64,000 nt of DNA. It comes from an uncultured virus (IMG/VR IMGVR_UViG_3300041955_000566). Lineage: Duplodnaviria > Heunggongvirae > Uroviricota > Caudoviricetes. The notes under the pieces were generated by a model. That model was given only the letters and a program-made list of their open reading frames with translations, was not told where the DNA came from and did no database searches. Each line of letters opens with the position of its first letter. Positions within the stretch are counted from its first letter, which is position 1. Position numbers and translations under genes: made by a program. Below are positions 1 through 9,131 of this stretch, in pieces. The DNA lies in IMG/VR virus record IMGVR_UViG_3300041955_000566; one strand, written 5' to 3'.

Positions 1-130
1 CCAAGTTGGTCCCCGGTGATAGGATAAACGTCGTGGTTCCAGTGATGATCGCGGCGGTAAACCCAACAGCGGTAGTCGGAGTTACGGCCACGGAGATAAC
101 CCCCATTGGTGTACAGGCTTGGCTAATCAT
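1..130 (-). CDS. Partial putative virion protein (runs off window start)
   Basis: ATG at 130 with GGAG RBS; open to the window edge (MISQACTPMGVISVAVT...). Confidence 0.55.
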   Translation of the reverse strand, partial: MISQACTPMGVISVAVTPTTAVGFTAAIITGTTTFILSPGTNL

Positions 131-146
131 CTCATTCTCCTCATCA

Positions 147-479
147 TCAGAGCGCGTTCAGATTTGCATTATTGGCCGCAACTGTGAAACTGCCTTCTGC
201 AGCATAAATTGGCTGCACACTTGGATCAGTAAATACGGACCAGAACACTTCGCAGGGATCGATGCCAGATGAATCCCAGTTATAATTCCACATTCCCGAG
301 AAACTGTTGAAGATCATTGGGAAATCCTGCGTCGCTCTGGCTCCATTCTGCGCATAGTCGAAGCTTGCCATCACTGAGGACGGTTCCGCAGGTTCGCCAT
401 ATTGGTCAAAGAATTGTGCCGTGACAAAAACGGTGTTTCCACGAACCGTGCAGGTTATGATCTGGGGGCAGTCGCTCAT
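147..479 (-). CDS. Small beta-rich virion protein (Ig/BppU-like, tentative)
   Basis: 110 aa; ATGA-coupled to the upstream gene; beta-strand pattern with YxWD. Confidence 0.6.
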   Translation of the reverse strand: MSDCPQIITCTVRGNTVFVTAQFFDQYGEPAEPSSVMASFDYAQNGARATQDFPMIFNSFSGMWNYNWDSSGIDPCEVFWSVFTDPSVQPIYAAEGSFTVAANNANLNAL

Positions 480-2653
480 AACAATTCGCCTTCATTCCCA
501 TCGATTGGAATCGTCTTTATAGTCACCATGACTTTGCCGGTGGCCAGCGATACGATACCCTTAACGAAGTTTGGAGAGTACAGCCGCATGAACTCATCGG
601 CAACAGCACTATCAGTTGTAATAGCTGCCGTTATCTCGAACTGGACGGCGGCATCACCGGCTGCAGAATAGAGGTCGCTCTGGAATTCCATTTCGGCTGC
701 GGCATCTGCAACAATCTTCCGGATCAATTCGGCCAATGCCGGCTTGTCGACAGTGATCCCGCTAAGAATTTCTGTCCCTCCTGCTGAGTTGCTGAGCCAA
801 GTCAGCATCCATTCTGGCGGGGCACCGGAATCCGCCGCAGTTCCGGCTGTCAATTCTATCTCTGCCTCGGTGTTTGATGCACTCTCGATCGTGAATTCCA
901 GGTCCAGAGATGAATCAATCTTCGCCGAGGCGAGAAATTCTACTTGGGTAGCTCCATCGGACGGCAATGTGCGCAGAAGCCATTCAACAGGACTCCCGAC
1001 ATCGGACATCGATCCGGCGAGAAACTCCGCCGAACCGGAGATATCGGTGCGCGTGCCGGCGAGAAATTCTATGAGCGCAGCGCTATCTGCCGTTAATACT
1101 AAAGTTCCTAAATTCTCTAGCGTTATTGCGGAATCAGTGGTCAGGCTGGAAATATTCTCGGTGGTGCTTGGTGCATCAGAAAAAACTTCTGGCGTGATCT
1201 CGATGGGAGGAATGGCATCTCGTCGCACATCGATCAGACTCTCCAGCGGAATTGCCGCACCAGCAGAAATGATCTCCCCCAAATCCCACTCTACTTGAAT
1301 CGTTGCATCCGTCATGTTTTGAGTCAGCAAGTCCAACTGCGATGCTGCATCAGATGCTACTGTCGGCGTGATCTCCAAAGGCGCATCTGCATCTCTGGCG
1401 AGACCAAATAAAAATTCATCAGGCAGCCGAGAAAAACTGAATACCGTTGAGATAGTCTCGGCTTGGATCATTGCATCGGCAAAAACCACACCCATTGTCT
1501 CGACTTGGGTCGCCGCATCATTCTGAAGAGATAATACAAATTCGGTAGCTCCGACAGTCTGCGAAACTTGTCCGGCGCCGAATTCGGCAGGCACCACAGA
1601 TAATGTCATATCAATGGACAAGAATTCATCTTGCACGGCATCATCACGAATAAATAAATTCAATGATTCCATTTGTGCAGCGAAATCATTATTTAGACTG
1701 GAAATGAATTCCAACTGACTGCGGCCATCATTGCGCAAATAAAGAAGGAGCTCTGGAACCGCCAGACCATCAATTCTCATAAGTAGATTAGCTTCGATCT
1801 GAATGGCATCATCTTTCTGGAAGTCGGAAAGAAATTCCAGTTCGGCAACCGAACTTGAGAACGAAACATCGGCGGATTCCCATTCCAATTGAGTTACGGA
1901 ATCCGATCCGATCACTATGACACTGGACAGCGCTTCGAGCTGTGCGGCAGAATCAAAGTTGAGATTAAGCAAACTCTCCAAATTGATCACAGAATATTGC
2001 GAGAAGTTTGAACTGATACTTTCTATCTCTGGTATTGAATCCGCAATAAACAAGGACATGATTTCGCTAAGGGAACCGCTATCCCTCGCCAAACCAGCGG
2101 CTATCTCTATGCCATTAGCAATGTCGGCTATATTGACCGATAAGAATTCAACTGGAGATAACCTGTCAATGCTCAAATTCAGCAAAATCTCTGCCGAATC
2201 TGTCCGATCAACATTAATGCTCAATATATTTTCGAACGGTATCGCACTGTCGACTTGCGAGTTGGTAATGAATTCGATCTGTGCAGCGGCGCCGATGGCT
2301 TGCTTGCTGATAAATTCAGTCAGAGACAACATCAATCGAACGTAATTGCCTGTGAATTCTATTGGGACCGACAGGTCTGACTTTAAGTTACTGAACCAAT
2401 CGATGCCAGCAGGCGCATCAGTGCGTACAGTTGGGATGTTCTCTATCTCAAAATCAGCATCAATACTTTGTATTGTCAAAAATTCCAATGATGAGATAAC
2501 ATCTCGCCTAAAATTGATTTGCGCTTCTAGCGGTACAACATCATCGATTCGAATCGAAGACATGGTTTCCGTATCACCAGCCGCACTGCAAGTAACCAGA
2601 AAGAATCGCTCCTCTTGGCCGAGCGCGAACTGTCCGAGAGCGCCGCCCCACAT
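476..2653 (-). CDS. Acidic virion/fibre protein with a ~14-aa repeat
   Basis: 725 aa; periodic D-x5-E-hydrophobic units (DSAIPFENILSINV/DRTDSAEILLNLSI/DRLSPVEFLSVNIA). Confidence 0.75.
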   Translation of the reverse strand: MWGGALGQFALGQEERFFLVTCSAAGDTETMSSIRIDDVVPLEAQINFRRDVISSLEFLTIQSIDADFEIENIPTVRTDAPAGIDWFSNLKSDLSVPIEFTGNYVRLMLSLTEFISKQAIGAAAQIEFITNSQVDSAIPFENILSINVDRTDSAEILLNLSIDRLSPVEFLSVNIADIANGIEIAAGLARDSGSLSEIMSLFIADSIPEIESISSNFSQYSVINLESLLNLNFDSAAQLEALSSVIVIGSDSVTQLEWESADVSFSSSVAELEFLSDFQKDDAIQIEANLLMRIDGLAVPELLLYLRNDGRSQLEFISSLNNDFAAQMESLNLFIRDDAVQDEFLSIDMTLSVVPAEFGAGQVSQTVGATEFVLSLQNDAATQVETMGVVFADAMIQAETISTVFSFSRLPDEFLFGLARDADAPLEITPTVASDAASQLDLLTQNMTDATIQVEWDLGEIISAGAAIPLESLIDVRRDAIPPIEITPEVFSDAPSTTENISSLTTDSAITLENLGTLVLTADSAALIEFLAGTRTDISGSAEFLAGSMSDVGSPVEWLLRTLPSDGATQVEFLASAKIDSSLDLEFTIESASNTEAEIELTAGTAADSGAPPEWMLTWLSNSAGGTEILSGITVDKPALAELIRKIVADAAAEMEFQSDLYSAAGDAAVQFEITAAITTDSAVADEFMRLYSPNFVKGIVSLATGKVMVTIKTIPIDGNEGELL

Positions 2654-2689
2654 TAGAGGTTGACCTGTTTTGAAATAATCATCACTATC

Positions 2690-4048
2690 TCACAAATTGA
2701 TTTGTTTTGTATTCTGCGGCGCGCCGGCGCCGCCAGTAATACCGCTTGGCGCAGCACCAAGTGAGCCAGAAACCGAATTAGTTACAGTCAACAATTGTGT
2801 GCTAAAATTATAAAGATGTAACACACCACTACAGCCTGAGGCACCGCCATACCCGCCCTTGTAAATGCTATTTGTGTTGCCGCCGCTTTCGCCTGCGCCG
2901 CCGCTTAAATCGATCGCGCCAACAATTGTCGATCCGGTCAATTGGCCAAAAGCAAGAATGATCCAACCACCGCCTGCGCCTGATCCGCCGCCAGATGCGG
3001 GGGCCAAAGTAACGTTAGATCCAGCAGACCCATTGCCGCCCTTTGCTTGGATTATTCCCGCCGTCGTATTGGTGCCGCGAGCGATTATTCTTGCAACAAT
3101 AACGAGCACGCCGGCACCGCTGCCGCCAGCTCCGCTATAACCAGATGATACCGATCCGCCGCTTGGTCCAGAAGCGCCGCCAATGGCTAACGCCTCATCG
3201 GGGCCGCTGATCACCAGACCAAATTTAGTGTTTGGGAATTGCGTTCCGAGGAATGTGTTTGTTGCCCCGAGACCACCGACACTCGTATTGCTACCGTCGG
3301 CACCCGCTGCCAATGTCGATCCGCCGTTAGCCCCGATCGTTCCGTTGTTTCCGATGGCGCCATAAGCAGCGCCCGCGCCGCTAGGACTGCCGCCAAGATT
3401 GGCATTTGAAAGCGGTAAACCACCGCTGGTGCCGACTGCGGCATTACCATTCCATTGAATAGCGCCAGCCGGTGCGGCCGAAATGTCCAAAATTCCGGCG
3501 ACATAGATGCGATAGCCATTCGTGACGATCTGGCCAGTGCCGTTAATCGTCAAATTGTTGTAGTACATATCGCGCGACAACGTTGTCGTGCCGCTGCTGA
3601 CCGTCACATTGCCGTCGCTGCCGTCGCCCCAAATCCACTCAACTGCACCTGTTGGTACAGCACCGCCGTCCACTAATGTATTGGTTTGCGTACCCCACGT
3701 AGCCAAGTGACCCGCTGTTACCGATCCTGAAGGTGACAGAATAGCCGACGCAATAGCCGTGAACGACACGTAGGCTGTGGTCGAAGCGTTGATCGCTGCA
3801 TTTGAATTGGTTGACGTAATAACCGTAGTGCGGGTTAGCACCGTGCCCGACGCGGCGTATGATCCTACCCCAGTTTCCGAGGCCCCGTTGGCCGGATCAA
3901 CTATAGAATAATAAACAACAGTAGCACCGCTATTGAACGGCGCGCCGTACTGGGCCGGCGTCATGAACGGGGAGGCCGCTCCGGTAACGGTAAGGTTACC
4001 GGAGCCCCCGTTCGTGAAGAACTGTACGAGATCGGCCAGTACGGGCAT
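2690..4048 (-). CDS. Glycine-rich tail-fibre-like virion protein
   Basis: 452 aa; N-terminal ETGVGSY..GTVLTRTT segment; C-terminal Gly-rich domain (WGDGSDG, GGSGAGG). Confidence 0.75.
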   Translation of the reverse strand: MPVLADLVQFFTNGGSGNLTVTGAASPFMTPAQYGAPFNSGATVVYYSIVDPANGASETGVGSYAASGTVLTRTTVITSTNSNAAINASTTAYVSFTAIASAILSPSGSVTAGHLATWGTQTNTLVDGGAVPTGAVEWIWGDGSDGNVTVSSGTTTLSRDMYYNNLTINGTGQIVTNGYRIYVAGILDISAAPAGAIQWNGNAAVGTSGGLPLSNANLGGSPSGAGAAYGAIGNNGTIGANGGSTLAAGADGSNTSVGGLGATNTFLGTQFPNTKFGLVISGPDEALAIGGASGPSGGSVSSGYSGAGGSGAGVLVIVARIIARGTNTTAGIIQAKGGNGSAGSNVTLAPASGGGSGAGGGWIILAFGQLTGSTIVGAIDLSGGAGESGGNTNSIYKGGYGGASGCSGVLHLYNFSTQLLTVTNSVSGSLGAAPSGITGGAGAPQNTKQINL

Positions 4049-4057
4049 TGGTTAGAT

Positions 4058-5209
4058 TTAAGTCGTCGCCCCGGTAACGCGCAGGTCTGCCGTGCCTTCA
4101 TAGACGGTCGTACCGGCAGGCAGCGTCAGTCTTAGCCAGCCTCCTTGTGCCACCGACGCCGAGTTGCCGTTCGGCAGTGATCCCGGAGAGGCAATGACAC
4201 TGATCGAAGATGGCTGAGTGACAAACACGAGTGCTGAGCTGTCACCATTGGTCGGTAACGTCTGCCGGTTGGCCGATGTCTGGGTATCATCAAGTGCTTT
4301 GGTTAGTGCGAGATCGAGTAGCGCGCCGCTCGGTAGCGTGCCGGACTCGCTGAGTACTTCCATCGCGGCATTAACCAATGCTGTGCTTGAATTGGTGTTT
4401 ATCCAGTTAATCTTCTCGTAAAAGACGCGCTGCGAACCGCCTGGCACATCAGCCTGTGATGTCGCGAAGATACGAGTGATGGCCGTGACCGGATTCGGCA
4501 GAATATCGAACAACATGCCGTAGCCGATACTGTAGACTGAAGTCGAATCGAGCGGCGTATCCCAGTCGCGGTTGACCGCCACAACATCGGTGCCATAGGC
4601 ACCGGAAGCATAAGGCACCGAAATCATACGGAGCTGGTGGGCACCGGTGCCGCCCGTGATGAGGATGATCAGACCAAGGCCTGAATAAGTCAGCGCCCCG
4701 ATGGTGGAACCATCCCCAGATTTGAGCGTCATGGTAGGAGGTGTCGTTCCGCTTGTCTGCGTCGATCCTTGAGCATGGTTGCCTGAAAGCACTCTGGTAT
4801 GACCGATGACGGCTACATCACCGACTGGTGCCGTACCGATGAGAGCGGTTACTTGCGTGCCAGTGAATGTACCGAAGGCATGAGTGCTCGATGTCACACC
4901 ACTGGTCATGCCGGCAATCAGACGCTGGAATGATTGGCCGCCGAACGAGTTGGCGATCAGCGTGGTACCAGTCAATGTAATCGCGGCTGGATATTGGATG
5001 ACGCCGGTACTGTCTCGGCCGCAGATCTGAACCGTTGGGCCGCTGGCATCAGATGCCGAGGATGAAACGACGTCGAACTCCATAGCCGAAGGAATATCAT
5101 AGAAGCTGACACGCTTCGTGAGGTCCGGCGCGCCGCCGACGGTGACACCATCGGCTTCCGGCATGTTTGCGCAGCCGTATACCACACACTGATTCGGGGT
5201 CACCGACAT
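4058..5209 (-). CDS. Putative virion structural protein
   Basis: 383 aa, Thr/Gly/Ser rich, strong AAGGAG RBS, late-operon context. Confidence 0.75.
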   Translation of the reverse strand: MSVTPNQCVVYGCANMPEADGVTVGGAPDLTKRVSFYDIPSAMEFDVVSSSASDASGPTVQICGRDSTGVIQYPAAITLTGTTLIANSFGGQSFQRLIAGMTSGVTSSTHAFGTFTGTQVTALIGTAPVGDVAVIGHTRVLSGNHAQGSTQTSGTTPPTMTLKSGDGSTIGALTYSGLGLIILITGGTGAHQLRMISVPYASGAYGTDVVAVNRDWDTPLDSTSVYSIGYGMLFDILPNPVTAITRIFATSQADVPGGSQRVFYEKINWINTNSSTALVNAAMEVLSESGTLPSGALLDLALTKALDDTQTSANRQTLPTNGDSSALVFVTQPSSISVIASPGSLPNGNSASVAQGGWLRLTLPAGTTVYEGTADLRVTGATT

Positions 5210-5257
5210 TGTATTTCTCCTTGCGTTTCAACTTTTGCGATATTTGCTGCGCTCATC

Positions 5258-5632
5258 TCATGAACCGTCTTGCAAAGTTACAGCGCACTTTGACCAGTTA
5301 GGCCAGTATTCTAAAACCATCGCACAGAGCCAGACCTTGCCATCCTGCGTCGTAATTAAATCGCCGCCCTTCCGATCTACTCTGACTAGGCCTTCGACAT
5401 GACCATTGAAGTAGATCGCACGCCGCGTTCCTTGCAGGTTGAGTCCTTCGATCTGCTGGAGGTCCTTGTAGGTCAAAGATTGAACGTCACCATAGACAGT
5501 CACGGCACGCCGATAAACTGGGACGCGGACACCATCCGGTCCGTCGATTGATCCTGCACTGACTTGGACAACAAGAGGCTGCAGCGGATTTACCGCCGCC
5601 GTCACTCCCGCTGCCACTGCATGCAAGTTCAT
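5258..5632 (-). CDS. Putative head-closure/neck protein
   Basis: 124 aa; resembles the neck protein that accompanies DUF4054 genes (GGDLI...W...LEYWP.W). Confidence 0.65.
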   Translation of the reverse strand: MNLHAVAAGVTAAVNPLQPLVVQVSAGSIDGPDGVRVPVYRRAVTVYGDVQSLTYKDLQQIEGLNLQGTRRAIYFNGHVEGLVRVDRKGGDLITTQDGKVWLCAMVLEYWPNWSKCAVTLQDGS

Positions 5633-5653
5633 GCCGATTCCTTCTTGTTAAGT

Positions 5654-6628
5654 TCAGGTGGCCAGAACACCAAGTCCTGTTGTGCCGCCGCCACCCGCGC
5701 TGATCTGACCAACCCACACATTGCCTGTTGTCGCGATGGCATTAGCTCCAACAGAGATGCAGCTCGGGGTAAGAATAATATCGCCACTTGGGCTGCCGCC
5801 AGCATTCGAGATTGCTGCGGTCATCGCTGTGCCGAAGTTGTGCAATGTCACATCATCGAGCACCAAAGATCGATCCATACCGTTCGCCTGGACGAGAATG
5901 TGCTGGTTACCGGCGAGACCGTTCCATGCCTGGAAGATGCCGCCCTGTAGTATGTTGCGCGGCGATCCGTCGACGATTTCGAGTGTGGCATTGGCGTTCG
6001 TGATGCGCTCGACGGTGTCGAGGCCGTAGGTGCAGTCAACGAGAACATTCTCACCACTGCCACCAAGTACGAGTGAGCGCATAGCGGCATTCAGTGCGGT
6101 GTTGGAATCGCCGCCGCCGAAGAACTGCACGTTCGAATAGCGGTTGCGTCCACCGAGGTCTTGCCAGCAGATCGGAGTGGTCGGTGCCGTCAGGCTCGAA
6201 GCACCATAGCCGTGGAAGCTTCCGAGATTGATAAAGGAGCAACCCTGCGCGGTGACGTTCACCAGTGGTCCAAGCGCAGTCCATTGTGGCTGTGTCAATG
6301 ATGCTGCCGTCGATATCCTCGCGCGATCGTTATCGGATGGAGCGGTGAGGCCGACGATGGAGACGCCGTTTTTGTTCCAGTTCAGTATTGTCGATCGATG
6401 GGATGATCCCATCAAATAAACGACATCATTATTGTTCGCCGTTGATGCTGCGAGTGCTGCATCTAGCGTCGCAAACGGGGAAGAAGAGCTTCCCTGGTTG
6501 TTGTCGTTCCCGGTCAATTCATTGACGAACCAGGAGTTGCCAATGCCCAGAATTTGATTGATTGTCTGAGCGTTGAGGACGAAGTCGCCCCTCGCGGTAT
6601 CGAGAAGATTGTAGCTGCGGATGGTCAT
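5654..6628 (-). CDS. Right-handed beta-helix (pectin-lyase-like) virion protein
   Basis: 324 aa; GNDNNQGSSSSPFATLDAA...NNDVVYL start motif typical of beta-helix proteins. Confidence 0.65.
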   Translation of the reverse strand: MTIRSYNLLDTARGDFVLNAQTINQILGIGNSWFVNELTGNDNNQGSSSSPFATLDAALAASTANNNDVVYLMGSSHRSTILNWNKNGVSIVGLTAPSDNDRARISTAASLTQPQWTALGPLVNVTAQGCSFINLGSFHGYGASSLTAPTTPICWQDLGGRNRYSNVQFFGGGDSNTALNAAMRSLVLGGSGENVLVDCTYGLDTVERITNANATLEIVDGSPRNILQGGIFQAWNGLAGNQHILVQANGMDRSLVLDDVTLHNFGTAMTAAISNAGGSPSGDIILTPSCISVGANAIATTGNVWVGQISAGGGGTTGLGVLAT

Positions 6629-6725
6629 CGTTATGACTCCTGGGTTCTAAGGCCTTGACTTCGATATCTCTGATTCTCGCCCATTAAGGCGCTTCTAACA
6701 TATTCCGACTTCTAACACACTCCGG

Positions 6726-7217
6726 TCATTCCTTCACTTGATAGTTGATGCTGTTAAGCATATGGCCAGTATGTACAAGTGGTTTCGCTGCGAAAGTGCT
6801 GAGATCTGCTGGATTGTAAACCATGCCTGATGTTCCGCCTTTGCGCTTGATGGTCGCTGGCTTCAAAGGCGGTGAATTTGTATCCACAATGCTCTGTCTT
6901 AACTGACTGGCGATGGCTTCCCCGGTAAGCTGGAGCGTGCGTAGCGCATCATAGCCGTTGTCTTTCAGCAGTTCCTTGACGGCGTCCGGCCACTCGCCCT
7001 TGCGTTTTGCAATCATGTTTCGGAAGAATGGGCGTGGCGGAATTCCGCGAGAAGCCGCACCATATTCTTGAATCGCAGCAATAGTTGCAACATATTGGCC
7101 CGAAGGATAAGTCGATTCGGCCAAAAATCCGACCCTAACTGAAGATGCATTTGAGATAAGCGATGCAATATCTTGCAGTTTTTTAGCGAGAAGATCACCA
7201 CCTTTGATGTGAGCCAT
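6726..7217 (-). CDS. Phage neck/tail-completion protein
   Basis: Start at MAHIKGG; motifs EYGA..IPPRPFFR, PPLKPATIKRKG, KPLVHTGHMLNSINY. Confidence 0.75.
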   Translation of the reverse strand: MAHIKGGDLLAKKLQDIASLISNASSVRVGFLAESTYPSGQYVATIAAIQEYGAASRGIPPRPFFRNMIAKRKGEWPDAVKELLKDNGYDALRTLQLTGEAIASQLRQSIVDTNSPPLKPATIKRKGGTSGMVYNPADLSTFAAKPLVHTGHMLNSINYQVKE

Positions 7218-7218
7218 A

Positions 7219-8238
7219 TCATGATTCCAAGAAGATTTTTTTAGCTTTGGCTGCGGCGATCCCTGCGGCGATTCTAGCACAAGCTTCAGGTGATCGTTTC
7301 TTCCCCGTATTAGATTTAGATATTTTGTTGCGCGTTTCTTGAGATGGAGATTGTCCCATCATCCTAATAGATTGCGCCGCGTTGCGTTCTGGAGAATGTT
7401 TTTTCCCTGTCAATGCTGCGCTAATAGCTGCACGCTGTTCCGGTGATCTAACTTTGTCCTTATTGCTTGCGGATATTTTTGCGCGTGTTTCAAGAGACGA
7501 AATTCGGCCAATACCAGCAGCCGCTATCGCGGCACAATGTTCCGGAGAATGTTTCCGTCCCCGATTCTTAGCAGCAGTCTTTTCGATAGCTTCGGAATTT
7601 ATCCAGTATCCACGCGCCTCAGCATTAGCTCGTCGCGTTTCCAAGGATCGCCGTATAACATCGGGAGGACGCTTTTTACCTTTTGTTTGCGCTGAAACAG
7701 CTGCCCTTCGCTCAGGGGACTGATTTAATCTCGTAAGTCGTTCTGCACTCAATCTACGATGTTCTACATTTGCCAGGAGCGATGCGGAACGTTTCTCTTT
7801 CGTCTCTAATGAATCTTTTCGCCCCGTATGGGTTCTAATTACCCCCTCGATTGCCTGCGGCGATGGCTTGCGCCCTTTAGCAGATGCCGATTGTTTTGCC
7901 CTTGTCTCAGGTGGCGTTACAACGCCCAACCGCGATTCGACACATTCGCGCTGAATATTATAAACAGTAGAAACATCATAACTATCCAGTACGCGCTGCT
8001 CATACATACTCAGTGTCTTTTTGTCGCGATTGCAAACAAGCAATATTTCAAATGAGAAGGCTTTTTGGCCGTATTTTTTGAACGCATTCTGAAGCAAAGG
8101 ATTCTTATGAATACCGCCGCGCATAGTTACGAAATGGCCCTTGCGTCGAACCCGAAATGACGATGCCTGTCCGATATAGAACTTCGGAGGCTTTTCTCCG
8201 CGCTCTACTCGAATCCGATAGATACCTGCTCTATTCAT
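7219..8238 (-). CDS. GIY-YIG homing endonuclease with NUMOD3 repeats
   Basis: GIYRI...FYIGQ motif; repeated G(R/K)KHSPE/ETRAKIS units; leaderless start behind an extended -10. Confidence 0.9.
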   Translation of the reverse strand: MNRAGIYRIRVERGEKPPKFYIGQASSFRVRRKGHFVTMRGGIHKNPLLQNAFKKYGQKAFSFEILLVCNRDKKTLSMYEQRVLDSYDVSTVYNIQRECVESRLGVVTPPETRAKQSASAKGRKPSPQAIEGVIRTHTGRKDSLETKEKRSASLLANVEHRRLSAERLTRLNQSPERRAAVSAQTKGKKRPPDVIRRSLETRRANAEARGYWINSEAIEKTAAKNRGRKHSPEHCAAIAAAGIGRISSLETRAKISASNKDKVRSPEQRAAISAALTGKKHSPERNAAQSIRMMGQSPSQETRNKISKSNTGKKRSPEACARIAAGIAAAKAKKIFLES

Positions 8239-8270
8239 GATTTGATTGTAGCACAGAGCGGATACGGCCA

Positions 8271-9065
8271 TCAGTAAATCCTCCCGTAAGGAGCGGAAGG
8301 AAAGGCACCATTGGCGACGCGGGTCGGTCTGGGACTATATCGCATTGTCCTGAATTGGGAGGTCGCGGCCCAAAATGAGTAGCCATAGCGCGTCTGATTA
8401 AAGAAGGCCTCCGACGGCGATCCGCTGGATGTCAGTTCGGTTTGAACCGTGACCGATCCCTCAGTAGCCGAACTGATTCGACCTATTAACATCGGAGCTA
8501 TCGTGCCCGTCGATGATGGGTTTCCCTGTCCATCGCGCGGCGAATAGAGCCATGCGATATGGGCTGTCAACATGTTCAAAAGCGTAGATGCCTGCGACAG
8601 GGCTCCGGTCCAGCCGCAATTCGCGAAATAGAGTCCTGCCTCATCGAAATATGCCTGCGCCATCGTCCTAGAAATGTTCGCGAACTCAGGATATCTGGCG
8701 GCCCAGACTGCATAGTTGAATGCGACGGTTTGATTCGGCCCCGGCGTCGGGGTCGGTGGGGCCGGCGGAGTCGGTGGTACCAGAGGAGATGCAACGACTT
8801 GATCCGTAAAGTCTGTGTTGTCCGCAAGCGCCGCAGTGATGTGATAAGAAAGATCTCCTGCAACATTGGTGTCCGTGATGGAGAGATATACTTCATACCA
8901 TCCATCACCGACCTCTGTGATTGGACCGGCTGCGGTATAGAATGGTGCCCCAGCTTTCGACAGCATGACGATTGGTGAGGCACCGAGTAATGGGCTAACG
9001 TGGTCAGCCGATGCCACCAGGATAAACATCCTGTTGTAGATCACCCCCTGCCGGACAACACTCAT
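8271..9065 (-). CDS. DUF4054-type head-tail connector with an extra N-terminal domain and Pro linker
   Basis: C-terminal FNY..W.ARYPEF...LTAHIA...GRISSATEGSVTV...QTRYG; PPTPPAPPTPTP linker. Confidence 0.8.
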   Translation of the reverse strand: MSVVRQGVIYNRMFILVASADHVSPLLGASPIVMLSKAGAPFYTAAGPITEVGDGWYEVYLSITDTNVAGDLSYHITAALADNTDFTDQVVASPLVPPTPPAPPTPTPGPNQTVAFNYAVWAARYPEFANISRTMAQAYFDEAGLYFANCGWTGALSQASTLLNMLTAHIAWLYSPRDGQGNPSSTGTIAPMLIGRISSATEGSVTVQTELTSSGSPSEAFFNQTRYGYSFWAATSQFRTMRYSPRPTRVANGAFPSAPYGRIY

Positions 9066-9131
9066 CCCTCGGCCTGCCGATGGCCAACACCAGTTCCGAC
9101 TGGCGAAAGCGTCTTGCGGAAGAAGACCGCC

